Shown here: positions 13,133 to 25,597 of the stretch, one piece after another
Layout of the letters: each line of letters opens with the position of its first letter
How positions within the stretch are numbered: position 1 is the first letter of the stretch
Assembly (NCBI GenBank): GCA_054600435.1
Contig: BAAIJX010000030.1
Coordinates: 62,001 to 126,000 of the forward strand
DNA from: Neophaeotheca triangularis
Lineage: Eukaryota
Reading direction: 5' to 3'
Length of the DNA stretch: 64,000 bases
Notes under the pieces: model-generated
Told to the model about the DNA's origin: nothing
Database searches by the model: none
Seen by the model: the letters and a program-made list of their open reading frames with translations, nothing else
Position numbers and translations under genes: made by a program

Positions 13133-14053
13133 ATGAGTGGCATCCACTGCCTCCTTTACCCCACAAAGGCTCCGCTCAAGGGCGCTCGAACATTGCCTCT
13201 GACTCTGAGCCGCATGGCGGCCACCAGCAGCCACAGCTCTCCCTACAAGGCGTCGTTCGCATCGACGAGCCCCACCACCCTCTCGACCTCCCCCTCCCCC
13301 TCTCTCTCCATCGCGGCGGCGGACGAGGACCCCGAAGCAACTGCAGATGAAGCCAGAAAGCTCACCTCGCGCGCGCGATCGCCATGGCGCATGTGCAATC
13401 AAGGCAAAGGGGTAGAGAGACAATTCCGTTTCAAGACCTTCAAGGCTACGTGGGTGAGTCCCGGAAAGCTGTCTCCTTGCTCCTTGCCTACCCCATGATT
13501 CGCGCTTGCATACAGACGGTGTGTGCTATCAGCGCATCTCGCACGGCTTTCAACCCACGTTTGATAGAGAGGTACAGCGGGGCCTCCCCTCGGCTTTAGG
13601 CGCATTTTTAGCGGCGTAGGATGGGCGTCTGTCCAAAATTCCCACTTCGCCATCATAGGAACAAATCACATCATCAGAATCCCATGCCAGAACGGGACTT
13701 TCAACGCTTTACCGAGAGTTTCGCCGAAAAAGCCCCCTACATTGCTACGCGAGAGTCGGCGAGTGTGCTGACTTTTGTTCCGCCTATAGGATTTCATGAA
13801 TGAGGTGGCTGCTGAATGCAAACGACAGCGCCATCATCCGGAATGGACAAACCGATTCAATCAGACGCATATTCGCTGGACAACGCACAAGCCTGAGGGT
13901 CTGAGTTCGAAAGACACGCATATGGCTGCATATTGTGACCGATTTGGCGAGGTGTTTGGGGAAGTGGTCGAGGAGGCCGGTGGAGTCGGTTCCGGCCGTG
14001 ATCAGGGCTGCGGGCTTGTCACCGATAAGGGAAGCCATGGACCGCGCTCGTGA
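13133..14053 (+). CDS. Pterin-4-alpha-carbinolamine dehydratase (PCBD/PHS family), possible mitochondrial presequence
   Basis: Exons 13133-13453 and 13790-14053. ERQFRFKTFKATW|DFMNEVAAECKRQRHHPEWTN...IRWTTHKPEGLSSKDTHMA carries the family HHPEW and TTH..GLS..D motifs. Confidence 0.9.
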
Positions 14054-14397
14054 TGATCGATGAGTAAAGTGTGACGGTATGCTCGCCGATTCGGCTGGGT
14101 ATCATGCATGCTATGTACGATCGAAAATATACTGTACAGGGGGCAGCAAGAACGTGCTAGACAATCAAACGCTATGACGGCGAGCCGATTGAGCGTCGCC
14201 TATTATCAAACCAATTCCTCGTGCTGCAAGTCCCCGATCCGCGTTCAGCCCTTTGGGGGGCGGTGGCCTGCTGGCCGACGGACACGGTCATCTTGCCGTG
14301 CGTGAACGCGACTTGGGCGCTGCTTTACTACCACGACTCAAGCTGTTGGCGAAGATTAGCATTCGAACCTATCGTAGCGTTTTCCGGGCTTTCGTAC

Positions 14398-15297
14398 TCA
14401 CAGTTGTGGATCGACCACTACAGGCTCCTGCATCCCCTGCTTTGATGGATTTGGATAATAGTCCTGCGCCATGCTCCGCGGACCACGAGAACCAGTGCTC
14501 GATCCAGACGTTATCTCGTAGCCATCGCGGGTGAAAGTGACCTTTGCAATCGAGGCTAGTTTCGGCACTGATGCAAGCACTTGTCGGTCGTCTTCGAGTG
14601 CGAGCTCTCGCAAGTCTGGGCATCGTCGATGTATGAGGTCGAGGAAGGAGGTGTATAATCCGCGCAGAAGAGTTGATGGTGCTGTGGGTGGGATGACGGT
14701 GAGGGTTTTGAGGCTTGGTAGTTGCGACAATGCCCGGTCTAATCTCTCCAGATCCTTTTGGTAAAGTGACCATGCCGAGTCGGCGTTGGGATTTCTTTTG
14801 CTGCTCGATGATACCAAGGGCGATAGGTCGATATCGGTAAGTTTCAGAACGATGGTGCTGACTTGACTTGTCTTTGCCGGAGGGTTGTTCCCCAGCCAGT
14901 TGTAGAGTTCATCTTGCGAGGGGAAGGAGAAAGGCCGTCGGTACATCTCAGCCTGTGCTTCCATGTTGATTTGGCGACAACTGCAGAGTAGTGAAGCGGG
15001 GGCTTTGGAGTCTCGAATGGCGTCGGAGTATATTTGTTGGCGAAGCTCTCTGGGAAGTTGAAGCAAAGCTGGTTGATTGTGGCCGTGGAGTTTTGATCGA
15101 CTGATGTTCTGGGAGAGGGCCTGCTGCATATTATATTGACACAGGGCAGGGTCTGGGAGCACTTCGAAACTGCTTGTGCTGGAGGCTGATGATACGTGCG
15201 AGATAGAGTGATGACTCGGCATTTGTTGAACTAGTGCATGCGCGAGCAGTAGTTTCTGCGTGCCGTCTCCTGAAGGGAATGCGTTCGGCCAAGTCAT
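14398..15297 (-). CDS. Hypothetical protein with F-box-like motif and LRR-like region
   Basis: 299-aa ORF with LLQLPRELRQQIY and LLCSCRQINMEA, then LPSLKTLTV and CPDLRELAL. The true start is uncertain. Confidence 0.6.
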   Translation of the reverse strand: MTWPNAFPSGDGTQKLLLAHALVQQMPSHHSISHVSSASSTSSFEVLPDPALCQYNMQQALSQNISRSKLHGHNQPALLQLPRELRQQIYSDAIRDSKAPASLLCSCRQINMEAQAEMYRRPFSFPSQDELYNWLGNNPPAKTSQVSTIVLKLTDIDLSPLVSSSSKRNPNADSAWSLYQKDLERLDRALSQLPSLKTLTVIPPTAPSTLLRGLYTSFLDLIHRRCPDLRELALEDDRQVLASVPKLASIAKVTFTRDGYEITSGSSTGSRGPRSMAQDYYPNPSKQGMQEPVVVDPQL

Positions 15298-18200
15298 GCA
15301 AGAGTTGTAATGCTGTAGCAGGACAAGGGCTGGCCATATACTCTCATGCGCGGGACCATCATTGATTCATCGGGTCATGGGGGAGGAGTAAGTTTTGCCT
15401 TGTGGTACGTGCCCTTGCCAAACACAAAAAAGACGCTTAAAGGTAGAGGGCCACTTGTCGCAGAGTATTTTTGACAACCGCAAAGTAACCTAACTGTCAT
15501 AACCTTTGGCCCAAAGAAATGATCACAGGGCTACCGAGCCATGGTGCTAGTGGAGGCTCGCGGGTAGCGTCTAGGTTGTCGCTACACATCTGCAACGGCA
15601 GTGATCGAATGCAGCTGATACGTGGACGTTGATAGTCGGTGAGGCGCACATCGACGACACGGACAACAAGGCATCCGAGTGAAGGCAACCCAGGGGATCG
15701 AATTGAAGTTAGGTACCCGTGTTGCCGGCGATGCTTCCGCAAACGTCTTTCGGTACCTGTAACTCCATCCGCATGTGCCTCACGTCCTCAGCACCGAGGT
15801 CCACCGTAATACAAGCTTACTCCACCCTCCAGAGGGGCGGCACTTCGGTTGCCGTTGACGCCCAGTGGCAGCGTTTGTGTCCAACCAGTACAGCCAAGTC
15901 GAAGATCTATGCTCTAGCCTGCGCGGCTCTGGAGCCTAAAAGTAATGTGGGGCAGGGCAGAAACGCAAAGATGCCGACTGTAGAACTAGATGGGTAGTGC
16001 AGTACCTGCCAAAACGTTTGCCCGTATTACAACTGAACAACTGTGATGCTAGGGTTCGCCTCTTGATTCATGATGGAACTTTTAGTAAGCGCAACCAACC
16101 TTCGTCGTTAGTGTGACGAATCTTGCCAACACTTTCCCGTGGCATTGAGTCAGCAATCGAGGAGAATCGGCGACGGATTGCTCGCCAGTAGTACGGACGG
16201 GCGGAACCTGACAGTATCCTAATTGCTCCCCCTTTCTCGGAGGCGTTAGATTCAGGCGTATGCAGGTCTCACGTACCATGGCCAGCCCACGTTCTCATGG
16301 GTTGATTTCCAGGGTCCTCCATGGGCTCCAGGCGTTGCGGTCTATCAAGAGTATATTAGAGCGTGAGGCGCAGTAATATGATTCGATCCCAGATCGGCCA
16401 GTACCGTGCAGATAGGCGGAGACACCGGGCCCGTGCCTGTGTCTCCCGCCCATGCCGCCCTACCGCCGGACGGCGTACCGTACGGCTTCCATCGGTCATG
16501 GCTCTCGTGTCTAATAATCGAAGTATGGAACGGTTGGCGCTAGGACACTTGTTGGATGACTTCTGAGGTGGTCACGAGGGCTGTTTCTCGATACTTTGCG
16601 TACTCGCAGGAGAACAGTACAGCCACCATGCGAATATGTCGTAGCGGAACGGCAACCGGTGCCGCTGGGGAATGATATTTATAAAGTCTGCACAGCAGAG
16701 TCGATAATAATGACAGGGAGTGCCTAGAAGGTCTGAACCGCGCCGAACAAATCCGCCGTGGTGTTGAGAGCCAGGTGGAACGGGCCGGCGACCCTGGAGC
16801 ATCAACCATGCAGATGCAGTCGCAGGGAGAACGTCACGTGTACTGACACGGAGGTGCAGTTCTCCTTTTCGTTAAGAACAAGGATCCATGGATGTCTGCG
16901 AGCCGTGCTTGGCGCAAAATCCCTGACGGCACGTGTGGCATGGAGAAACCCCACGCTTCTCATTGGCCACTTCAACGACATCCCTTCTTCGGACATGCTC
17001 GCTGCGCGGCTGGCTCGCAGAACTGATACCTTGCAAACAACAACGCAGCACTCTCTACTACTGACTCCTGAGGTGACCACACCACCTTGGTCACCATGGG
17101 TAAAAGGCCGCATTCGTCGGGAATGCCCGTCGGAGAGTCGCAGGAGATAGCTGCCACTTTAGTCACTCCATTCCTGTCGGGCGCGGGCACACCTGCAGAA
17201 TGGCGCTTTGCACAGACGCCTTTGAAGCATGGCAGGCCTACATGAACGCGACAATTCACGTGGATGGTAGCACGACATGTGATCAGGCGAGACCTGCACA
17301 CGTCACGAAACACTCTTCGATCGTCCCCCTGTACCTCTGTGCATTCAGAGGCATAGTCATACAATCGGGCAAGCTCGCTTGAGAGGGGCATCCAACCGAC
17401 ACATGATCCCAGTAAAACCGGACATTGACAAGGAGCATGGGTACGCTCACGTCACCATGGCTGTTCCTACGCTTGCTGCTGAAAGTGGTCGGCAGTATAG
17501 GACCAGTTCAGAGAGCATACTTCCGCCAGGTATAGGTAGGCTTTTCCACTAACTGAGAACAGCTTCCTTTCGCACCTTAATCTCATGAGCCAATCGGAAA
17601 TTTTAGCTAGTGTCTCTGCGTGAAGAAAAAAATTGCCTTTAGCCATAGCGGTAAAACGTACGCTTGTGGCGCCGCCAAAGCGGTCTTGGGATGTTCGAGC
17701 TCGCGTCAAGAGTGAGCGGCTTCTTTGGTAGCTCTCGGTAGACAGCCGAACCAAGACATCAAATTCTCGGGAAGCAAATTCCAACCCCGGCGTCGATTAT
17801 CACCTTGGATGTCCGACATCTGATACAGTCCGTCTTAACCATGAAAACACGGTGAGCGCACACCGTTGTTCCGAACGGCATTGCGAAATCGAGGATCAAA
17901 CGGAAGTTGTTCGTACGAGCGGATTGCAAGACCGGGTGTGTCTCAGTACCTGTTTCAACGTCAAGAGAGCAGCCTCTTGCAACAAGTTCAGTGCCCGTGG
18001 CCCAAGACTGATTCATTATCCTCTCGCGACGCTCAAGACACGTACACGCAATTGCCGATGTGCCCCACGGCCGAACTGTCCGCAGTAGAGTCTGCGGGAC
18101 CTACCCATAGGCTATAGCACACGACATCTCAGTTTCGTGGACCGTTGCACAACGCCCGCTACTTCCACGAAGCCATGGCTGATGCCGTCCGCGACTCATC

Positions 18201-20248
18201 ACATGAGCACTAGAGAGATGTCAAGTGCCGGTCCTAGTCCGCGCGATTGGCGACGAGGTTCTTTATCCGGGCTTTTAGTCGCATCTACGAGCGACGGGTT
18301 GCTGCGCGCCCAGACATGCTCCCTTACCTAGTTTGTCATCGTGCACCGAAGACGGATGCGTCCTCGGGATTCTCGTGCGATGGAACGCGAGAAGCAGCAA
18401 AACTGTGTCTTCGGTATCAAAATGGCACCGATTCTGGAAATTGCAGGGCACCGGACAACGTTCTGCGGTTCAGCCCTCGCAACATTGAATAGGCGTCCCT
18501 CGGATCCGAGGGGAATAGGAGGTCACACGGGGAGCGGTGGGCCGATGGCGCCCGACAAAGATAAAAACAAACAAACGTGTCCAGCTCCAAGGTTGTTGTG
18601 AAGATGGATCCAAGATCTATGGGTCCCGAAAGATTGGTATAATGGTTCTACTAACGGAGTCTAGGGAGCCACCGGACCCAGGCACACGACTGCCGTACCA
18701 CTCCGCCAGGGACGCATTTATTGTACCTCGGTGAATGTGATCACCCTGCGCACGTATTTGGCATTCAACTGCTGCCAATTCTCAATCCAGAACAATTGCC
18801 CAACGAACCAGTCATCGAGACTCACAATCGCCGTATACGGTAGTCCGGCCTTTCTTCAGGTCGAGACTCAGACGCCGTCGACGTCAAATCATTCGCAAAG
18901 GGTTCCGACTAAATCTGACAAATACACATAAACGTCGGTATCCATCGCTCTTGCTTTTTGAATGCACGGAGTCCGCTGTAAACAATATCGAGCAGTCTCA
19001 CCACTCAACATTCCAAGTAGAAAGTCATCCCGCTATCAACCACGTAGAAGCTGTTTCACTAACCCACTGACGTCGTGCACCTCACGGATCACAACGGACA
19101 TGTCAAGAGACCGCCGTGTCACGATCGACTCATGGGTTCAGGCTGCACCGCAGCGCCCTCCACGCTGCAGCACGCACGTGTTGTGTTTCCAGAAAAAGCA
19201 CCGTCGGAAAGGGCAAAACGTAGAAGCCGGGCATATAGGACCCGTAGTAAAGCAAAGCAATAATAATGGAGCAAGCGACCGACAACCAAATCCGGCGGAT
19301 CAAGAGTCACCAAAAAAAAAAGCGCGGTGTTTCAGCCGCCGTTTCAGCACTGTCCATGACTTGTAATCAAGAAAAGTCGAGCGGCTGAGAAACGCTGCGC
19401 ATGACAAAAAAGTCTCAGACTGATAAACATGGACCCAGCGTTCACGCGAACATGTCCGCACATATCGGCTGTCGTCAGATTTTTCTTTTGTAGTTTCAAA
19501 AAAGGAAAAGAAAAACTTTGAGCCGTCGGCACTGGTGCAGCAGCGGGCTTCGATCAGCGATGATGGCGACGGGCATAAAGGCATGGCTTGAAAGGAAAGG
19601 CGGCGTTTTTTACGATCGCGATGATCGTTTCACGACGCAATGGCCACGCACGCTGTCAGCTTTCGTCGTTGTCGTCACGGCTGCCGGAGACTTCAGCTCA
19701 CTGCTTTTGAACATAGTCCCGAGAGGTCCAAATGCCGCAATGCAGGGGTTTGACTGGGCGCGGTTGAACAAAGTTTCGAGCGGGAAGTAGAAGCGCCATG
19801 TGAAGATATAATCTCGAATGAGCTACACGAAGAGATCAGGGGTAGTGCATTGTGATCGACCCTATACATGACGCGCTGGTTTAGGATGCTAGGCACAAGA
19901 GATTACCCGAGCAGTGAATCGGCTCACATAATAATAAGAATGCAGCATGGTAACATGAACAATCCGCAGTTTAAGCAGTACACACGCGAAAGCCAGGTAT
20001 CGCTCTCGCCAGGCGAGTCCCTTTCCGGCCCTAGAACCCAAGGCGCCCCCTAGACCCTCTGCGGGCCCTAGAGCACAAAAGACCATGCGAAGTCCACGCT
20101 GCGCCTGTAGGAAGGCGACACGGCCCTGTCAGTCGCGTGCAGAACGCAAGCCTTGGTGGTGACTCCGCGTGACAACGCCTTCCCTTCTCCTACGAACTAT
20201 CGACACAATATTCCATTCTCTTTCCCTCTGCCCCTGCGTTCAGCCTCT

Positions 20249-21601
20249 TTACACCCTGAGCAACTTGGCGGCGTAGTTTGCAATCAGATCCTCGGTGGGG
20301 AAGCTCATCTCCTCCAGCTTCTGAGCGTACGGGGTGGGCACCTCGGCACCGGTGACTCTGACCGGGGGTGCATCCAGGTAGTCGAAAGCATACTCGCAAG
20401 TCAGAGCAATCAACTCGGCGCTGACGCCGAAAGAGGGGAAGCCTGACTCGACGGCCATCATGTTACCGGTCTTCTTGACGGACTTGATGATGGTCTCGAC
20501 GTCGAGCGGCTTGATGGAGCGCAGGTTGATGACTTCGGCCTCGACGCCGTACTTGGACTTGAGTTGTTCGGCTGCTACTAGGGATTGGCCGACGCAGCGG
20601 GAGAGGGTAACGATGGTAAGGTCCTTGCCTGGGCGTTCAATCTTGGCCTTGCCGAACTGCAGAGATTGTTAGCTGTTTTCTAGGTATCCCACGCTATATG
20701 TGTTTGTGCAATGCTTACCGGAATAGTGAAGTCGTCCGATTGTGCCTCCTCGCTCATGGGGAAGGTCAGACCGTAGAGCAGCTCGTTCTCCAACACACAA
20801 ACAGGGTTGGGGTCCCTGATGGCAGCCTTCAACAGACCCTTAGCATCTTCCGAGCTGTACGGCGCAACGACCTTCAATCCCGGTATCGACCCGTACCACG
20901 CGCTGTAGTCTTGAGAGTGCTGAGCGCCTACACCGGCGGCGAAGCCGTTGGGACCACGGAATGTGACGTTGCAGGGCTGGATACCGCCGGACATGTAGTG
21001 GGTCTTGGCAGCGCTGTTAATGATCTGGTCGATGGCTTGCATAGCAAAGTTGAAGGTCATGAACTCGCAGACGGGGTTGAGGCCAGCGAGCGCGGCACCG
21101 ACGGTGAGACCGCAGAAACCGGCTTCGGTGATGGGACTGTCGATAACGCGCTTCTCGCCGAAACGGTCAAGCAGGCCCTTTGTGACCTTGTATCTGTTGG
21201 GGGGATATGTTAGCTTTTTGCGCAAATACGTAGCTCGCAATCCAATCTAGCTCCGTGGCTTCCTCTTTCTGCCGTACGACCAACATGATCACAGCATATC
21301 CATTGCCCCTTCCGCTCCTATCCAATGCGCCATGCCGGGGTAGAACTTACGCGCCGTTGTACTGAGCCACTTCCTCACCAATCAGAAAGACCTTTGAGTT
21401 CCTCTCCATTTCCTCAGCCATGGCCTCGTTCAGGGCGTCTCTGACGGCCATCTCCTTGACACCGTTCCCGCTGGCGTAACCCCGCCATCTCTGTGATACC
21501 GCCGGCGCGGAGACCTTTTGAAAGTTACATCTCGGGAGAGCTGTTGAGGGAGAGGATCGGAGGAGCTGGGCAGCGGGGCGGAAGAGTCTGGGGGCCACCA
21601 T
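20249..21601 (-). CDS. PDB1: Pyruvate dehydrogenase E1 beta subunit, mitochondrial
   Basis: Exons 21601-21351, 21193-20719, 20656-20249. [56 protein letters not shown]. Confidence 0.97.
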
Positions 21602-22251
21602 GACGGCGCGGTTCTGGTGTTTTAGCGAGGGGGGTTGGAAGATAGACCGGGCGGTGAGAGGGGCGAGGAGGTACTTGTCGTGGTGGTGAAGAAGGGTGGT
21701 GGTGGTGGTGAAGGTGGTGGTTTGGTGAGCTCCTTCGCCGGCCCAACCAATGCGGATGATTTTCGTTTTCGGCCCGGCAGAGAGTCGAGAAAGCCCGATA
21801 GCTTAGCTTCAGGATGCAGTCCGTGCTGTAAGGGACCAGATGTTATCAGTGGAATAAAAACAGACTTGGACAACAATAATAATGTGGCATACGGTAATTT
21901 ATCTAGAGATGTTACGGCTGGAAGAACGATGTATTCATATCTCGATGTACGGTAGTATCCTAGATTCACACACGTGTATTCGAGGGAGAATACCTTATGT
22001 ATTAATTAGTAAATCTCAACATGTCTGAATCAGGGCCAGGGCGGGCATACCTAAAGCTGAATGCGCTCAAGCTAGCCAATCAGACCCAACTTCAAAACGA
22101 CCACATTGCTACTTCACCCTCCCCCAAGCAACACACCAACCAATCAATCTCACACCTTATAGGCCCTCACACCGCGTAAGACCAGGCAGGAGACCTTCGC
22201 CTGGAATACTGCAACAACTTCAGAGCAACACAACTCCAACCGACGGCCACA

Positions 22252-23240
22252 ATGGCCTCCTACGGCTACCAACCCCCACCCAACCAAAACCCCTCCTACG
22301 CCGCGTCGAACAATCTCAACTTCTACCAATCCTCCTACCCTCAACCAGGAACCGTCAGCGGGCAAAGCACCCCTTTCCAAGCCTATGGAGCCCCCGGCGG
22401 TGCAAGCAATGCCTACGGTGCCGGCGCCGCAAACTACGGCTTTGGAGCCTTTCCCGGCCAGCCAGGCGCCAGCGGGCAGATGGGCACAGGTCAGAGCGGT
22501 CTCACAACAGGATGGATAGCTGCGTTTGGAACGGAGGGTTATGAGGGCGAGCCGCCGTTGTTGGAGGAGCTGGGTGTCAATTTCCAACATATTCAGAGCA
22601 AAACGCTCACCGTCTTGAACCCTATGGCGAGGATCGATCAGCATATCATGGATGATGCGGATTTGGCTGGCCCGGTGCTGTTCTGTGCGTTGTTTGGCAC
22701 GTTCCTGTTGCTAGTGAGTCGCAAATGATCTACATACTGACGATTCGAGAGTCGAGTGCTGACGCTAGTTTGAAGTCTGGCAAGCTTTGGTTCGGTTATG
22801 TCTGTGGTCTAGCAGCACTAGGCGCACTCGCCCTCCACACGATATTCAGCATGATGTCGCCGCCTTTGACCCAAGACGAGATCCAGCAGTCGCAAAACCC
22901 AAATTCAGGCTACCACGCCGGCTCCCACCTCTCCTCGACGCTCACAATCGGACGGTCCAGCTCAGTCTTGGGTTACTGCCTCCTACCATTGGTTTTTGCG
23001 AGCTTACTGGGCGTGTTACTACCCTTGGACTCAGCAATCGGCTACTGCGTCGTAACTCTTGCGATTGCATGGTGCACTTATAGCTCAAGCGGGATGTTTT
23101 GTGTCGTGGGTCGGATGACAGGTATGAGGGGCTTGGTTGCCTATCCATTGGCGCTCTTCTACGTGGGCTTTGGTATTATGGCAATCTTCAGCAGCCGTGG
23201 AACAGGGAGGATGAACGATGCCATGAAAGGGACAAGCTAA
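22252..23240 (+). CDS. YIP1: Yip1-domain ER/Golgi trafficking protein
   Basis: Exons 22252-22713 and 22776-23240. EPPLLEELGVNF, DDADLAGP, SGK..FGY, SVLGYCLLP, LVAYPLALFY. Confidence 0.93.
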
Positions 23241-23352
23241 ACGCTTAGCACGGAGTAGCATAACTTAGAAAATTGAAGCGTTTTGCATAGCATTAGAAGC
23301 AGGCAGCCTAACACCCATAGAATCTGCTGTCACCGAGACAGACTTCCACGCC

Positions 23353-24252
23353 TCACGAGTCCTCCTTCCCCTCCTCCCACTCAGCCTTCTCCACAACCTT
23401 CCAAATAGAATCCCCATACCTAACCTCCCCCTCCTCCTTAACCTTCTGCGCCTCCCTAGCAACAACCGCACACGGCACCCACAACTCCCCAAACCTATAC
23501 TTCCTAACCCACCTCCCCTCCTCGCCTTGCACCTCCCACCGCTCCAACGCAAACTGCTCCCCAACCCTGACAACCCCCTGACAAAAACCCCCAACCCTAA
23601 CCACGACCCCACAAACCCCGTCCCCCTCCTCCCCACCCCCCTCAAAGTGCAAGACCAAACACTGCACCTTCCCCCCTTCCTCCCCCACTACCGCCTTCGG
23701 CCCGAAGTCCCGCCAAACCTCTTCATACTCCGTCATCAGCCCCGTTTCGGGATTGACCATGGCGCCGATCTCCAGAGTGCGGTGCTCCCCCGACGGCGCA
23801 GAGGGGTCGGGGAACATGTTACCGGCGTCCGAGAGGTCCGTCGTGTCCTGTGAGCGGGAGTCCAGCGTGTGGGTCCAGCGCGTGAAGCGGTAGGGCCCGC
23901 CGTTGTTGATGTCGGGGTTGTCCGAGAGTGTTGTCGAGACCGAGGTGCCTGCGAAGGCCCAGTCGAGGTGGTGTGGGGAGAGGCGGTCTGTTGTGGGGAG
24001 TTAGTCTGGGCGGGCTTTCTGTTTGTTCTTTTCCTTTCTTTTTCTTTTTCTTTTTCTTTTTTGGTGAAGGTGCAGGACTCTCGCGGGTGGCTGTGTACCG
24101 TGAGGAGAGGGCACGTATTGTGCGCTTTTGAGAACGCGGGTGTCGACGAAGCGGCCTGACGGCGCGGTGAGGACTAAGGTGTCGGTGGGTTCGTGGGGCT
24201 CCGTCTCTGGCCGCCAGAGGATGTGCTCGCGGCAGGATATGCTGGCTGACAT
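23353..24252 (-). CDS. HRI1: HRI1-family protein
   Basis: Exons 24252-24099 and 23987-23353. EPTDTLVLTAPSGRFVDTR, LDWAFAGTS, TLEIGAMVNPETG...YEEVWRD, VVRVGGFCQG. Confidence 0.82.
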
Positions 24253-24592
24253 AATTTGATTGTATTGAGATGTTTTTTATTTTTCAAGACGTGTCTTGAT
24301 CGGAAGTTGCGTGTTACCATCTAAGAGTTTGGGTTAAAGTGAAGTTGAAGTGTCAAGTGCAAGACGAATCAGGAAGGCACGAGTCACACCTTTAGATAAG
24401 AGCGAATTGGCGTGGGAGGCGCTAAGATTCGACATGCTTCAATGAGAAGTGAGTGGCATCAAGTTATTTTAGGCGTATGTACAGACCATACAGTGTGTAT
24501 ATTGCTCATTATTTACAGGCTGTTGTGCCCTATACCCCTCCCAAACTCCATAACCAACCCCAGACTGGCAAATTACACATTTCAAGACTCCG

Positions 24593-25597
24593 TCATACCG
24601 TCATCGTCGCCATAGCTTTCTGATCCATCGTCATCGCAGGTAGTGAAGTCACTGGTGGCTGTTCCAGGACGCTCGTGTCAAAGGGATCAGCTTGGTCAAT
24701 GTCATGAGCCGGGGTTGGTGGAATCGCCGAGAGTTGGTGATGATTGAAATTCCAACTCGGCATGGAAGTTGGACAACCCGCATTCACGCTGTTACGGACG
24801 TAATTGGGGGTCTTGTAGACAGGTGATGCCGACATCCTGCGCCCGACGTTTGCAGGCAGAGAGGCGACACTTGAAGCACGGCTGTGAGCGGGCGAGCTAC
24901 CGGCAAAGGCATTGGAGAGTCTGCGGAACACAGTGCTGCCGTACGATGATGAGCTTGGAGAGCGTTCTTGGTTGTTTAATTCGCCGGAAACGTCCATTAG
25001 GGAGAAAACGCCTTTGAGCCCAGTGGCAGCTTGAATAGCAGAGGCTTTGACGACATTCCAGCTTTCTTCCATTCGGATCAAGTCGCGAAGCTTCTGGTCA
25101 AGCTGATCGAGCTCGCGAATGGTGACCTCCATGCAGTCTGCCACTATGGTCGCGCCTGAGATCCATACATTGGCGGCCTCATCCTGCACATGCGAGGGCT
25201 GTTGGCTGATGAGCGCAATGGCGGAGGAAGTCATCTTGTCGATCGCCATGTCCGCCATATTCTTCTGCATCGTAATGTCGACATATAGCGCCGATCTTCC
25301 ATCGTTTGTGGACTCCTCTCGCATCGATTCTTTAACTTTGTCGAAGACGTGCTTGAAAGCGTCTTGGTGAATGTAGGCTAATCCCGTGTTCAGGTTATCC
25401 ATTGCAGCAAGAACGGCGTCTGCTTCGTCGCCGAGAGAAGCTGATAATTGAGCGACATGATTTGTACCTTCAAGCATGCCAGAGGCCTGCAAAGTCTTGA
25501 AGAAGGTAAAGTCGCCGCTTCTACTTGCTGTGTGGAGGCTATGCCGTACCAGCGCCACCCTTTGCGACCAATGCAGCTGCCTGTTGAGGGCCGACAT
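24593..25597 (-). CDS. Hypothetical protein (helical N-terminal region, Ser/Pro-rich tail)
   Basis: 334-aa ATG-initiated ORF with protein-like composition; no family recognised. Confidence 0.7.
   Translation of the reverse strand: MSALNRQLHWSQRVALVRHSLHTASRSGDFTFFKTLQASGMLEGTNHVAQLSASLGDEADAVLAAMDNLNTGLAYIHQDAFKHVFDKVKESMREESTNDGRSALYVDITMQKNMADMAIDKMTSSAIALISQQPSHVQDEAANVWISGATIVADCMEVTIRELDQLDQKLRDLIRMEESWNVVKASAIQAATGLKGVFSLMDVSGELNNQERSPSSSSYGSTVFRRLSNAFAGSSPAHSRASSVASLPANVGRRMSASPVYKTPNYVRNSVNAGCPTSMPSWNFNHHQLSAIPPTPAHDIDQADPFDTSVLEQPPVTSLPAMTMDQKAMATMTV

Noticed and set aside
14361..14369. GGTTCGAAT B-box-like motif on the minus strand
   Set aside because: No pairing T stem, anticodon arm or splice-bounded continuation, so it is not a tRNA.
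16363..16566. Short ORF ending RLPSVMAL...RLALGHLLDDF
   Set aside because: No codon bias, clear start or splice structure; the resemblance to a repressor motif may be chance.
19057..19068. CACTAACCCACT as a telomerase RNA template upstream of the hairpin cluster
   Set aside because: It does not match the TAACCCTAA template expected for TTAGGG telomeres, and no convincing triple-helix pseudoknot or CR4/5 element was found. It would matter only if this species had TTAGTGGG telomeres.
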